From: Candidatus Kapaibacterium sp.
GTDB lineage: Bacteria > Bacteroidota > Ignavibacteria > Kapaibacteriales > Kapaibacteriaceae
Assembly (NCBI GenBank): GCA_044345485.1
Contig: JBIJAX010000001.1
Location: forward strand, 25,452-89,451
DNA: 64,000 nucleotides
Reading direction: 5' to 3'
The translations under genes were made by a program, and so were the position numbers. Shown one piece after another: positions 41,059 to 50,459 of this stretch. The notes under the pieces were generated by a model, which was given only the letters and a program-made list of their open reading frames with translations, did not search any database and was not told the origin of the DNA. The stretch's first letter is position 1. Every line of letters begins with the position of its first letter.

Positions 41059-42513
41059 ATGGCTTCATCAGCAAAAAAGAGCAGCGCTTCAGCCGCACTC
41101 TTCCACGGACACAACCCATTTTTAGAGTCCGTAAACGCGTACTTTGACAAGGCAGCGGCAATCATGGAGCACCCTAAGGGGCTACTCGATCAGATCCGGG
41201 CATGTAATTCAGTGTACTACATGCAGTTCCCTGTCCGCATCAAGGGTGGTATCCAGGTAATTCAAGCTTGGCGTGCAGAACACAGCCACCACAAGCTTCC
41301 TACCAAGGGTGGTATCCGCTACGCCTTGTCAGTAGACCAAGAGGAAGTACAAGCACTGGCAGCGCTCATGACATATAAGTGTGCTGTTGTTGACGTACCT
41401 TTTGGTGGTGGTAAGGGCGGCATTCGTATTGATCCAAAGCAGTACACTGTGGAGGAGCTCGAACGCATCACCCGTCGATACACAGTTGAACTGATCAAGA
41501 AGAACTTTATCGGACCGTCAGTAGACGTTCCAGCACCTGATTACGGTACCGGCCCTCGCGAAATGGCGTGGATTGCCGACACGTATCAGGCAATGGCAAA
41601 GGACGATATCAACGCTCTTGGCTGTGTAACAGGTAAGCCTGTTGGTCAGGGTGGCGTGCGCGGGCGCACTGCTGCTACCGGTCGTGGTCTGTACTTCTCA
41701 GTCCGCGAAGCCGTTAATGATCCAAAGCTCATGAAGAAGCTGAAGATGACAACTGGTCTATCAGACAAGAAGGTTATCGTTCAAGGCTTCGGAAACGTTG
41801 GTTATCATGCCGCGAAGTTTCTCATGGAGGCTGGTGCTGCTGTTGTTGGCATCATTGAATGGGATGGCGCGGTAGTCAATCCTAAGGGGATTGACGTTGA
41901 AGCTCTCAACGCACACCGCAACAAGAAGGGCTCAATTACAGGTTTTGCCGGTGGCAAGACCATTAAGGACGGTAATAGCGTGCTCGAACACGAATGCGAC
42001 ATTCTCGTTCCAGCTGCACTTGAATCCCAGATCCACAAGGGCAACGCATCGAAGATCAAGGCTAAGATCATAGCCGAAGGCGCTAACGGACCTATCACAT
42101 CTGAGGCGGAGCCAATTCTTCTCAAGAAGGGTATTCTCGTGATGCCAGACATGTACGTCAATGCCGGCGGTGTTGTCGTGTCGTATTTCGAGTGGCTCAA
42201 AAATCTCTCGCACGTTCGTTTTGGCCGCATGGACAAGCGATTTGATGAAGGTTCAAATTCCCGCATCATATCAACAGTTGAGCAGCTTACCGGAAAGTCA
42301 TTGAGCGCTGCAGAGCGTGCAATGATCGCTCGCGGAGCCGACGAAGAGGATCTTGTAAACTCAGGCCTTGAAGACACGATGATCTCATCATATCACACGA
42401 TCATGGAACACTACTACGGTAATCCAAAGGTCAAGGATATGCGTACCGCTGCATTTGTGAGTTCTGTAGACAAGATCGCACAGTCATATCTGTCACTTGG
42501 CATCTTCCCGTAA
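41059..42513 (+). CDS. gdhA: Glu/Leu/Phe/Val dehydrogenase family protein (probable glutamate dehydrogenase)
   Basis: KGGIRY...VDVPFGGGKGGIRIDP and the NAD(P) Rossmann motif VIVQGFGNVGY identify the family. The start is set at the internal Met after the hppD stop. Confidence 0.8.
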   Translation: MASSAKKSSASAALFHGHNPFLESVNAYFDKAAAIMEHPKGLLDQIRACNSVYYMQFPVRIKGGIQVIQAWRAEHSHHKLPTKGGIRYALSVDQEEVQALAALMTYKCAVVDVPFGGGKGGIRIDPKQYTVEELERITRRYTVELIKKNFIGPSVDVPAPDYGTGPREMAWIADTYQAMAKDDINALGCVTGKPVGQGGVRGRTAATGRGLYFSVREAVNDPKLMKKLKMTTGLSDKKVIVQGFGNVGYHAAKFLMEAGAAVVGIIEWDGAVVNPKGIDVEALNAHRNKKGSITGFAGGKTIKDGNSVLEHECDILVPAALESQIHKGNASKIKAKIIAEGANGPITSEAEPILLKKGILVMPDMYVNAGGVVVSYFEWLKNLSHVRFGRMDKRFDEGSNSRIISTVEQLTGKSLSAAERAMIARGADEEDLVNSGLEDTMISSYHTIMEHYYGNPKVKDMRTAAFVSSVDKIAQSYLSLGIFP

Positions 42514-42539
42514 CAGCAACACATAGATCCTAAACAGAA

Positions 42540-42575
42540 GCGCCGCAATAGATACTATTGCGGCGCTTTTCGTTT
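42540..42575. terminator. bidirectional intrinsic terminator between convergent gdh and Ig-repeat genes
   Basis: The stem gcgccgcaat / attgcggcgc has a 7-nt loop, followed by uuuucguuuc on the plus strand and a U-rich tail on the minus strand. Confidence 0.6.
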
Positions 42576-42599
42576 CTGTCAAGGGACTTGAAGACTGGT

Positions 42600-45029
42600 T
42601 TATCGAACAACAACCTTGTGCACGGTCCTTCCAGCTTTGCGCTCAACAACGAGCAGATACAGGCCACTCGGAACGATATCGCCCCTTGAGTCATGACGTG
42701 ACCATACAACCTCACCCATTCCGCGAAAACCCGCTACTACGGATCCTGAAACAGTCATGATCTGACATGTAAGCGCCTCATCGTCAGACCCGCGAATGAT
42801 TAGGTCGTCGCTCATAGGATTTGGGAACACCAGTAGTCCACTGCTTGCTTCACGTTCATCAACATTGCTTATGGTACGACGCGAGAGCACAAACGTTGCA
42901 TCTCCTACATCCGTTGTCACAGTTACCGTTGCATCTGCCCCTGCCTCTGCAATTGATTCAAAGCAGAGCTCTGTCTGCTGCCCAGAAGTGAGTTGAATTG
43001 GAAGAGTAATGTCCCCACTTTGCTTCCATGTAGCTGCGCCTTCTCCTGTGATACGGATGCGTGTGATTGAGGCAGATGAGCATGGGAGCGGCAGTGTAGG
43101 ATTGCATTTCTTCACAGTAGCAGAGCCGGCTGGGAACACGAGTGTGTCCTGCGCTAAGCTAACGCCGGAAACAGCATCACCACCGATACGGAAGGTCTGA
43201 TTGCCGCTGGAGGCAAAGAACGTAACCGAGGCTTCAATTGGTCCAAGCTTCTTCGGTGTTACAACGATCCGTACATCTCGGCGTTCATTGACGTCAAGGA
43301 CGAACGGCGCAGTAAGTCCGAGTACTTCAATGTTTGCAATCGGCTCAGCAGAAACTGAAGTAATGGTTACTGGTGCTCCACCTTCATTTACAAGTAGTCC
43401 TGACACGAGGGTATCGACTTTACCGCAGGCAGCTACATTGCCAAGATCAAGCGTTGGGGTAGACAACACAAAGCGTCCGGGACCAGCAACAGATGTTATG
43501 CGTACGGTGGATCGCCTCGTAGACACAGTATCACAACTATTGCGTACTTCGCATGAGTACAGTCCACTGTCGGCCTTGGCAACTTTGACAACCCTATAGA
43601 TCGACGATGTTGCATTCGGGATAGGTGTACCGTCCTTGAACCATTGGTAGGTAAGAAGTTCGCCGGAGGCAACAACAGCAATTGAGAGCGTATCGCCCTC
43701 CTTGAGAGATCTATCTACAGGCTCGGTTCGAACCTTAGGCTTTTCTGTAACAGAAAGCTTCGCAACAACAGTTGTCGCAGAAGGCCCGCATGCTCCTTCG
43801 ATAAGGCATGTATAATCGCCTTCATCGAGAAGTGTTGCGGCATCGATCGTAAGAGTTGGCTCCGTACCGCCGGAGACGATTCCGTTGTTCTTTTTCCATG
43901 TGTAGGTGAGATCCGTTCCAGTTGCCGCAACTGTGAATGATACACTACCACCTTCGCACACAGTAGCAGCCTTGGGCTGCGATGTGATTTCAGGTTTGAC
44001 GCCGACAGTCACGTCGACCGCATTAGACGTAACGCTCGTGTTACATCCGAAAACGACACAGTCGTACTTACCGGCCTCATTCGTAGTAACCGTGTTGATT
44101 GTCAAAATCGGTTTTGTTCCGCCGGCTATGTCTACACCATTGCGCCTCCAACGATACTGCAGGGCAGTCCCCGTTGCTGAAACCGACAAATTGAGCGGCT
44201 TACCGCTGCACACAAAGGTAGGCTCTGGCTGCAGGTTGATAGATGGTCCAGCGTTGATCACGATTGACTGAACGGTACTGACCACTTCTCCCGAAGCCAC
44301 ATCAACCATGCGCAGGGCGTAGGTGCCTTGTTCAAAAGTTGGGGGTATTGCATGCGTATAGGCAAGGGTATTAGCCTGCACTGTAGCGACTGTAGTGATA
44401 GTTTGGAAGTTATCTTTCGACAGTTCAAGACGAATCTGTCCAAGTCCCTGCTGCGTCCAGGTGATATTCATCGGCTGACCGGTGCAAAATGTTGAAGCCG
44501 TGGCTGGAGCAGTGATGGCGCCACCGATCACGGTGATCTGCACTGCACCTGCTACTTTCCAGTCATCTGCATCTGTGGCACGTCCGTCATTATTTACCGC
44601 GTTACCGGCTGCTGTAAGCGTGTAGGTACCGGCAACGGTTGGAGCAGTCCAACTGAATTCAAACCGAGCACCACCGTTAACAAACTGCGTGCTATTGGCA
44701 TGAGTTAGCTCGCCCCCCTGCACTTTGCAATTGGCGACCGCCTGCAGTGATCCCGCGTTTGCATTACCATTCTTTATGGCAGCATTAAATCCAGCGAACT
44801 GATTGTTCGCATGAGCCACTACTACGGCAAAATCTTTGGTCTGACCTGTGAGAACCGTCCGAGGACCCTCGACAACAACGGACGTCGCCGCCGACTGTCC
44901 ACCGTGACAGCCTCCACAGCCAACTGTGGAGCTTCCCGTTTTACCGTCTGATCCAGCTATCGCCTGCGAAACCAGCCAAAGCTGCAGACACAGCGCACTT
45001 ACGACTACTCTAGAAAAAGAAAACTTCAT
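42600..45029 (-). CDS. secreted Ig-like repeat protein with T9SS CTD
   Basis: A signal peptide is followed by repeated I-set-like modules with paired Cys (YDCVVFGCNTS, YTCLIEGACG, YSCEVRNSCD). The T9SS CTD reads LLVFPNPMSDDLII...GLYLLVVERKAGRTVHKVVVR. A CGGCH motif sits near the N-terminus. Confidence 0.7.
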   Translation of the reverse strand: MKFSFSRVVVSALCLQLWLVSQAIAGSDGKTGSSTVGCGGCHGGQSAATSVVVEGPRTVLTGQTKDFAVVVAHANNQFAGFNAAIKNGNANAGSLQAVANCKVQGGELTHANSTQFVNGGARFEFSWTAPTVAGTYTLTAAGNAVNNDGRATDADDWKVAGAVQITVIGGAITAPATASTFCTGQPMNITWTQQGLGQIRLELSKDNFQTITTVATVQANTLAYTHAIPPTFEQGTYALRMVDVASGEVVSTVQSIVINAGPSINLQPEPTFVCSGKPLNLSVSATGTALQYRWRRNGVDIAGGTKPILTINTVTTNEAGKYDCVVFGCNTSVTSNAVDVTVGVKPEITSQPKAATVCEGGSVSFTVAATGTDLTYTWKKNNGIVSGGTEPTLTIDAATLLDEGDYTCLIEGACGPSATTVVAKLSVTEKPKVRTEPVDRSLKEGDTLSIAVVASGELLTYQWFKDGTPIPNATSSIYRVVKVAKADSGLYSCEVRNSCDTVSTRRSTVRITSVAGPGRFVLSTPTLDLGNVAACGKVDTLVSGLLVNEGGAPVTITSVSAEPIANIEVLGLTAPFVLDVNERRDVRIVVTPKKLGPIEASVTFFASSGNQTFRIGGDAVSGVSLAQDTLVFPAGSATVKKCNPTLPLPCSSASITRIRITGEGAATWKQSGDITLPIQLTSGQQTELCFESIAEAGADATVTVTTDVGDATFVLSRRTISNVDEREASSGLLVFPNPMSDDLIIRGSDDEALTCQIMTVSGSVVAGFRGMGEVVWSRHDSRGDIVPSGLYLLVVERKAGRTVHKVVVR

Positions 45030-45052
45030 GTTTTGGCTCCATTAATTCAATG

Positions 45053-45094
45053 GCGGAAAATACGAAGGGGGCACGCGTGGTAACGCATGCCCCC
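45053..45094 (-). terminator. intrinsic terminator after yceI-like gene
   Basis: A roughly 12-bp GC-rich stem (gggggcacgcgt / acgcatgccccc, one mismatch) with a ggua loop is followed on the minus strand by a cguauuuucc tract. Confidence 0.5.
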
Positions 45095-45122
45095 TGACGA
45101 AAATTCCTGGTCAACGCAACTG

Positions 45123-45764
45123 CTAGGAATTGGCGAACAGCTTTGCTTTAACTGCAATTGTTTCGCCAACACTCTTCCCTACTACACCAGCCTTGCCCTT
45201 GATGCCGTGGTCTGCCAACTTTACGTTGAAGGTTGCCTCGATCATCGCGAGGTTTCCAGATGCGCGCTTCTTTGTTTCCGCAGATTCTGGTAGGTATGTA
45301 ATCGTGATGTCGGCACCGGAGTTAACAGCAACTCCGTGGCATGAAAACGAGCCTACGGCTTTTGCAGTTACAACATTGCGGCCGTCCTTCGTGGTTACCT
45401 TGACGTCCTTCAGGGACTTTACAGCAAAGGTGATAGTCGGGTACTTTGCAGCATCGAGCCACATCGCGTCGTACATATGCTCATCGCGCTTCGAGTTTGC
45501 GGTCTTCATGCTAAGCACGGAAACTTCAATGATTCCGGTAGTGGCTTCGAGATTCGCCGCATCGAGTGAAAACGTACCAGTTACACCTTCCGAGGTTCCA
45601 TTGATTGTCTCGGCAGGCGCGTCAGAGACGAATTCGATGTTGTTCTTTCCGACACCGTTGTTCAGATTAAACTTCTTGCCCCCTCCTTGCACACCCGGAA
45701 TCCCAGTGGCATATACCGATAACGCTGCAGTGAATGTCAATGCTGTTGCAACTAGAGTTTTCAT
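45123..45764 (-). CDS. YceI-family periplasmic protein
   Basis: The signal peptide MKTLVATALTFTAALSVYA is followed by a roughly 190-aa lipocalin-like YceI domain. The upstream ORF extension overlaps iscS and is rejected. Confidence 0.6.
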   Translation of the reverse strand: MKTLVATALTFTAALSVYATGIPGVQGGGKKFNLNNGVGKNNIEFVSDAPAETINGTSEGVTGTFSLDAANLEATTGIIEVSVLSMKTANSKRDEHMYDAMWLDAAKYPTITFAVKSLKDVKVTTKDGRNVVTAKAVGSFSCHGVAVNSGADITITYLPESAETKKRASGNLAMIEATFNVKLADHGIKGKAGVVGKSVGETIAVKAKLFANS

Positions 45765-45798
45765 GATAATCTCCGTGTGGTAAATAATCGGTGTGTGT

Positions 45799-46929
45799 TT
45801 ACACACGCATATTACGGATAATGCCCGATAATAGTGCACAGGCCGCTTCGATTTCATCAAACGTTGTGTCCTTTGAGACGGAAATCCGGACCGCTGCGCG
45901 GGCTTCGGCGTCAGGCAGGCCCATGGCCTTAAGTACGTGAGATGGCTGCAGGCTTCCCGAAACACAGGCGCTTCCATTAGAGACGGCAACACCAGCCATA
46001 TCCATCGCCTGAAGAATTGACTCGCCGTCGAGCCGGGATGCATCGAGAAAGGAGACATTCAGAATATTGGGCAACGAACCTGCATGGGGCGTATTAAATC
46101 GGATGTCAGGAATGTTCGCACCAATCAAGCCGCGGGCATGATCAATGCACGCACGCATATGCTGGCTTCGAGATTGCATGTTGCCAATCGCCAACCGAAC
46201 GGCCGTTACCATTCCGATGATCAGTGCAACCGGCTCGGTACCTGCCCTGCGGTTGCGCTCTTGGCCGCCCCCCTGTTGGTGAGCCTTGAAATCAATTCCC
46301 TTGCGAATGAACATCGCACCTATGCCCTTTGGTCCGTGGATCTTATGAGCAGAAAAGCTCATAAAGTCAACTGGCAGCTCAGAGATATCGATTGGAATCT
46401 TTCCGAGCGTCTGCACAGCATCAGTGTGAAGTAGAGCAGAACCAACACTCTGGCGAACAAGGTCGAGGTGCTGTATCACTCCTGTTTCGTTGTTCGCGTG
46501 CATTACGCTAACGAGAGCCCCCTCCAATAAACTCGACCTCAGGGATTGAATTGATATGCGACCTTCGGAGTCAACAGGAACATGCTCGACGTGTATCCCG
46601 TGTTGGCGCAGTGACTCTGCTGGATGAATCACTGCATGGTGCTCTGTTGACGAATAGAAAACGGATGTAGCTAAACCAGAATCGACTGTCGCACTTTTGA
46701 GGATAGCATTGTTTGACTCAGTACCACCACTGGTAAAGATAATCTCTGCTGGATGAGCACCAAGTAGTTGCGCTAAATCTGTCCGCGCACGTTCGATGGC
46801 AACCCGCGATTCGCGGCCAAGTTGATAAACACTAGACGCATTGCCGTAGCCGCTCTGCAACCACGGCATCATTGCATCGAGCACCTCAGAATCTAGTGCA
46901 GTAGTAGCGCTATTATCGAGATAGATCAC
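45799..46929 (-). CDS. iscS: cysteine desulfurase (class I, IscS/NifS-like)
   Basis: The N-terminus MIYLDNSATTALD and the PLP-Lys region SFSAHKIHGPKGIGAMFIR are characteristic. Confidence 0.85.
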   Translation of the reverse strand: MIYLDNSATTALDSEVLDAMMPWLQSGYGNASSVYQLGRESRVAIERARTDLAQLLGAHPAEIIFTSGGTESNNAILKSATVDSGLATSVFYSSTEHHAVIHPAESLRQHGIHVEHVPVDSEGRISIQSLRSSLLEGALVSVMHANNETGVIQHLDLVRQSVGSALLHTDAVQTLGKIPIDISELPVDFMSFSAHKIHGPKGIGAMFIRKGIDFKAHQQGGGQERNRRAGTEPVALIIGMVTAVRLAIGNMQSRSQHMRACIDHARGLIGANIPDIRFNTPHAGSLPNILNVSFLDASRLDGESILQAMDMAGVAVSNGSACVSGSLQPSHVLKAMGLPDAEARAAVRISVSKDTTFDEIEAACALLSGIIRNMRV

Positions 46930-47204
46930 GAGATCTTCCCCAGACCCTTGTAGAGATCGTACTTGGCACTATAGAGCACAATATTCAACTCTGAATCCCT
47001 AAGCGTCCCCCCCGACGGCGACAAATAAAACGTCGCCGTTGCTTCTGTCTCAACCTTGGCAAGGTTGCCTTCATCGTCGACAAAGAACGTAAGGATCTTG
47101 TATCCAAGATGCTCCTTCGCGTCGCGTGCCTGGGTTATGACATTTTCCGGACTGTAAACAAAGAGACCAGATTCTGAATCCGCCGAGCTGATATTCTCAG
47201 TCAT
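46926..47204 (-). CDS. hypothetical small protein (92 aa) translationally coupled to cysteine desulfurase
   Basis: It shares an ATGA overlap with iscS. There is no signal peptide and no Cys, and I recognise no domain. Confidence 0.35.
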   Translation of the reverse strand: MTENISSADSESGLFVYSPENVITQARDAKEHLGYKILTFFVDDEGNLAKVETEATATFYLSPSGGTLRDSELNIVLYSAKYDLYKGLGKIS

Positions 47205-47223
47205 TTGATGATTTCCACGAGTG

Positions 47224-47250
47224 TTGCCACAAAATTAACCAGTAATTTTG
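47224..47250 (+). promoter_or_regulatory. candidate FCB-type sigma-A promoter for secA (-33 TTG / -7 TAnnTTTG)
   Basis: TTG at 47224-26 is followed 16 nt later by TAATTTTG at 47243-50, about 35 nt upstream of the secA ATG. Confidence 0.35.
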
Positions 47251-47284
47251 GCGTCTATGCCACTTCACAACTTTTAACGACTCC

Positions 47285-50200
47285 ATGCTCAAGTTTTTAC
47301 AGTCTCTGCTCGGCGGTTCGAAACACGAAAAAGACGTCAAGCTCATGATGCCCATCATTGATGAGATCAATTCAATCTATGCCGGGCTGTCTTCACTAAC
47401 CGACGAACAACTTCGTGGAAAGACGCAAGAATTCAAGGATCGGGTAGAGGCCTCGGTTGAGTCCCTTCGGGCAGAGGTAGAGTCGATTCGTGAACGACTT
47501 CGTACTGACACGAGCATAGAACATGCCGAGCGTTCTGATCTCTATGCTCGTATTACTGCAAATGAGCGGGAGCAGTTTGAGACAATTCAGGCCGCCCTTG
47601 ACGACGTTCTTCCCGAAGCGTTTGCAGTTGTCAAAGAAGCCTGCCGCAGGTTGGTTGGCCACAGGTACAACGTGGTAGGCAACGAACATGTCTGGGACAT
47701 GGTCCCGTATGATGTGCAGCTTATTGGTGGTATGGTACTGCATCAAGGCAAGATCGCAGAGATGAGCACTGGAGAAGGTAAAACACTTGTCTCCACACTA
47801 CCGCTGTATCTCAATGCACTCGCAGGACGCGGCGTACACCTGGTTACGGTGAACGATTACCTTGCTCGACGAGATAGAGAGTGGATGCGGCCAATCTTTG
47901 ATTTCCTTGGAATTGCGACAGGCTGCATACAGTCGGATATGCGTCCGGATGAGCGTAAGGCTCAGTATGGGGCTGATATCACCTGGGGAACCAACAACGA
48001 GTTTGGCTTTGACTATCTACGCGACAACATGGTAACCGATGCATCGGATATGGTGCAGCGCGGACATTGGTTTGCCGTTGTTGACGAGGTAGACTCTGTT
48101 TTGATTGACGAAGCGCGTACGCCCCTTATCATTTCAGGCCCAGTTACTGCCGGCTCCACCGAAGCAGCATTCATCGACATGCGTCCGCGTGTTCAGCGCC
48201 TTGTAGACGCCCAGGCAAAACTTGTCAATGGGATCGTAGCCGAGGCAGACAAGCTTCTGGCAACAGGGTTCAAGGATGACCGCACACAGGCTGGGGTTAA
48301 TCTTCTCCGTGCTAACCGTGGCATGCCAAAACAGAGCAGGCTTCTGAAGATGCTTCAGGAGCCAGACATTATGAAGCTTCTCCGTGATTCGGAACTAGAT
48401 TACCTGCGCGATCAGGGTCAGCGGATGCACGAGATTGACGACGAGCTCTACTTCACCGTCGACGAGAAAAATCATCAGATCGACATCTCTGAAAAGGGGC
48501 GCTCCCTGCTGGCATCGGCACAGGAAGACGCAGAAATGTTCGTGATTCCTGATATCGCTGCTCAAATGAGTGCGTTGGAGGGAGACGCCACAATCGCTGC
48601 AGATGAAAAGGCTCTCCGCAGAGATGAATATATGCGCGTGTTCTCAGATCGCTCAGATCGCATCCACATCATCAACCAGCTCCTGCGTGCCTACACGTTG
48701 TATGTGCGAGACGATGAGTACGTGGTGCAGGATGGCAAGATCAAGATCGTTGACGAGTTTACTGGACGTATTCTTGAGGGACGCAGATATTCCGACGGAC
48801 TTCACCAGGCAATCGAAGCTAAAGAAGGGGTCTTTGTTGAGCAGGACACACAGACCTTTGCAACGGTCACGCTTCAGAATTACTTCCGTCTCTATCATAA
48901 GCTTGCTGGCATGACGGGAACGGCTGAGACCGAAGCTGGTGAATTCTGGCAGATCTATGAACTGGATGTGGTTGTTATCCCGACAAACCGTCCAATACAA
49001 CGTAAAGATCTTGATGACTTTATCTACCGTACGAAACGCGAGAAGTATAACGCAGTTGTCGATGCGGTAAAAGCAGAGCTTGAAGCAGGACGTGCCGTTC
49101 TCGTTGGAACAACGAGTGTTGAGGTTTCCGAGCTCCTCTCGAAAATGCTCAAGCGCGCCAACGTAAACCACAACGTGCTGAATGCAAAACAGCATCAGCG
49201 CGAAGCTGAAATCGTGGCCAATGCTGGTAAAAAGGGGGCGGTAATGATCGCCACCAACATGGCTGGCCGTGGAACAGATATCAAGCTCGACAACGACGTG
49301 AAGGCCAAGGGTGGTCTTGCGATCATCGGCACTGAACGCCACGAGGCACGCCGAATCGATAGGCAGCTTCGCGGTCGCGCAGGCCGTCAAGGAGATCCGG
49401 GTTCGTCGCAGTTTTTTATCTCGCTTGAAGACGACCTCATGCGTCTGTTCGGCGGAGAACGTATAGCATCTGCTATGCAAAGAATGAAGGTGCCGGATGG
49501 AGAGCCAATCCAGAGTTCGCTCGTAACCAAGGCTGTAGAAAACGCTCAGAAGAAGGTAGAAGGCAACAACTTCGGCATTCGTAAGCGTCTTCTTGAGTAC
49601 GACAACGTGATGAATCAGCAGCGTGAAGTTATCTACGACCGTCGCAGGCATGCACTCATGGGTGAGCGCCTGCGCAGCGAAGTGCTTGAATACGTTTCAG
49701 AACTTGCTGAAGGCTGGTACAATGAACATCATGCCGAGCAGGATTATGATGGTTTTGCCAATGAGTTCCGCGTAAAGATGCTGTGCGAGCCTGGAATCAG
49801 CGAACAGGAGTTTTCGACGCTTAGCAAGGAGTCTGTTCTCGAACGCGGTGTTGCAGCGGCTACAGAATTCTATGACCGCAAGGAACAGATGCTCGGACCA
49901 GAGTTCATGGCGCAGCTTGAACGGGTCGCTGCGCTTCGGGCGATAGACGATGAATGGCGTGAGCATCTGCGAGTTATGGACGACCTCAAGGAGGGCATCT
50001 ACCTGCGTGCTTATGGTCAGAAAGATCCAATCCTGGAATACAAGCAGGAAGCTTATCGTGTGTTTCTCGAATTGATCACACAGATCAACGAAGCAACTGT
50101 CTCATTTGCGTTTAAGTACTTTCCACAAGTAGTTGAACGAGCAGCGCAACGTCCAGCAGAGCCTGCACCTGGTCCAGCGCAATCAGCTCCACGAAGCGCT

Positions 50201-50452
50201 TCTACAGCTGGACTTCCTTCACTACAGACATCAGTAAGTTCGTCGCGCCAGCTCCAGTTCTCTCATCCGAGTGCCACAACCACTTCAATGGGTTCAGATC
50301 CTAATGCTAATCCGGCTGATTCGCGGTCTGTAACACAGACGGTTCGTAACACCGGACGTGAAGTTGGACGTAATGAGCAGTGTCCGTGCGGCTCAGGTAA
50401 AAAGTTCAAACACTGCCATGGCGTAACAGGTGCTAAAACGTATGGCGGCTAA
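47285..50452 (+). CDS. secA: preprotein translocase ATPase SecA
   Basis: A full-length SecA is present, with Walker A and DEVD motifs and the C-terminal zinc-binding CPCGSGKKFKHCHG. Confidence 0.95.
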   Translation: MLKFLQSLLGGSKHEKDVKLMMPIIDEINSIYAGLSSLTDEQLRGKTQEFKDRVEASVESLRAEVESIRERLRTDTSIEHAERSDLYARITANEREQFETIQAALDDVLPEAFAVVKEACRRLVGHRYNVVGNEHVWDMVPYDVQLIGGMVLHQGKIAEMSTGEGKTLVSTLPLYLNALAGRGVHLVTVNDYLARRDREWMRPIFDFLGIATGCIQSDMRPDERKAQYGADITWGTNNEFGFDYLRDNMVTDASDMVQRGHWFAVVDEVDSVLIDEARTPLIISGPVTAGSTEAAFIDMRPRVQRLVDAQAKLVNGIVAEADKLLATGFKDDRTQAGVNLLRANRGMPKQSRLLKMLQEPDIMKLLRDSELDYLRDQGQRMHEIDDELYFTVDEKNHQIDISEKGRSLLASAQEDAEMFVIPDIAAQMSALEGDATIAADEKALRRDEYMRVFSDRSDRIHIINQLLRAYTLYVRDDEYVVQDGKIKIVDEFTGRILEGRRYSDGLHQAIEAKEGVFVEQDTQTFATVTLQNYFRLYHKLAGMTGTAETEAGEFWQIYELDVVVIPTNRPIQRKDLDDFIYRTKREKYNAVVDAVKAELEAGRAVLVGTTSVEVSELLSKMLKRANVNHNVLNAKQHQREAEIVANAGKKGAVMIATNMAGRGTDIKLDNDVKAKGGLAIIGTERHEARRIDRQLRGRAGRQGDPGSSQFFISLEDDLMRLFGGERIASAMQRMKVPDGEPIQSSLVTKAVENAQKKVEGNNFGIRKRLLEYDNVMNQQREVIYDRRRHALMGERLRSEVLEYVSELAEGWYNEHHAEQDYDGFANEFRVKMLCEPGISEQEFSTLSKESVLERGVAAATEFYDRKEQMLGPEFMAQLERVAALRAIDDEWREHLRVMDDLKEGIYLRAYGQKDPILEYKQEAYRVFLELITQINEATVSFAFKYFPQVVERAAQRPAEPAPGPAQSAPRSASTAGLPSLQTSVSSSRQLQFSHPSATTTSMGSDPNANPADSRSVTQTVRNTGREVGRNEQCPCGSGKKFKHCHGVTGAKTYGG

Positions 50453-50459
50453 CGCTAAA

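Noticed and set aside
45765-46058. 98-aa N-terminal extension of the YceI ORF overlapping the cysteine desulfurase gene
   Set aside because: A signal peptide begins at the internal Met (MKTLVATALTF…). The extension is out of frame within iscS.
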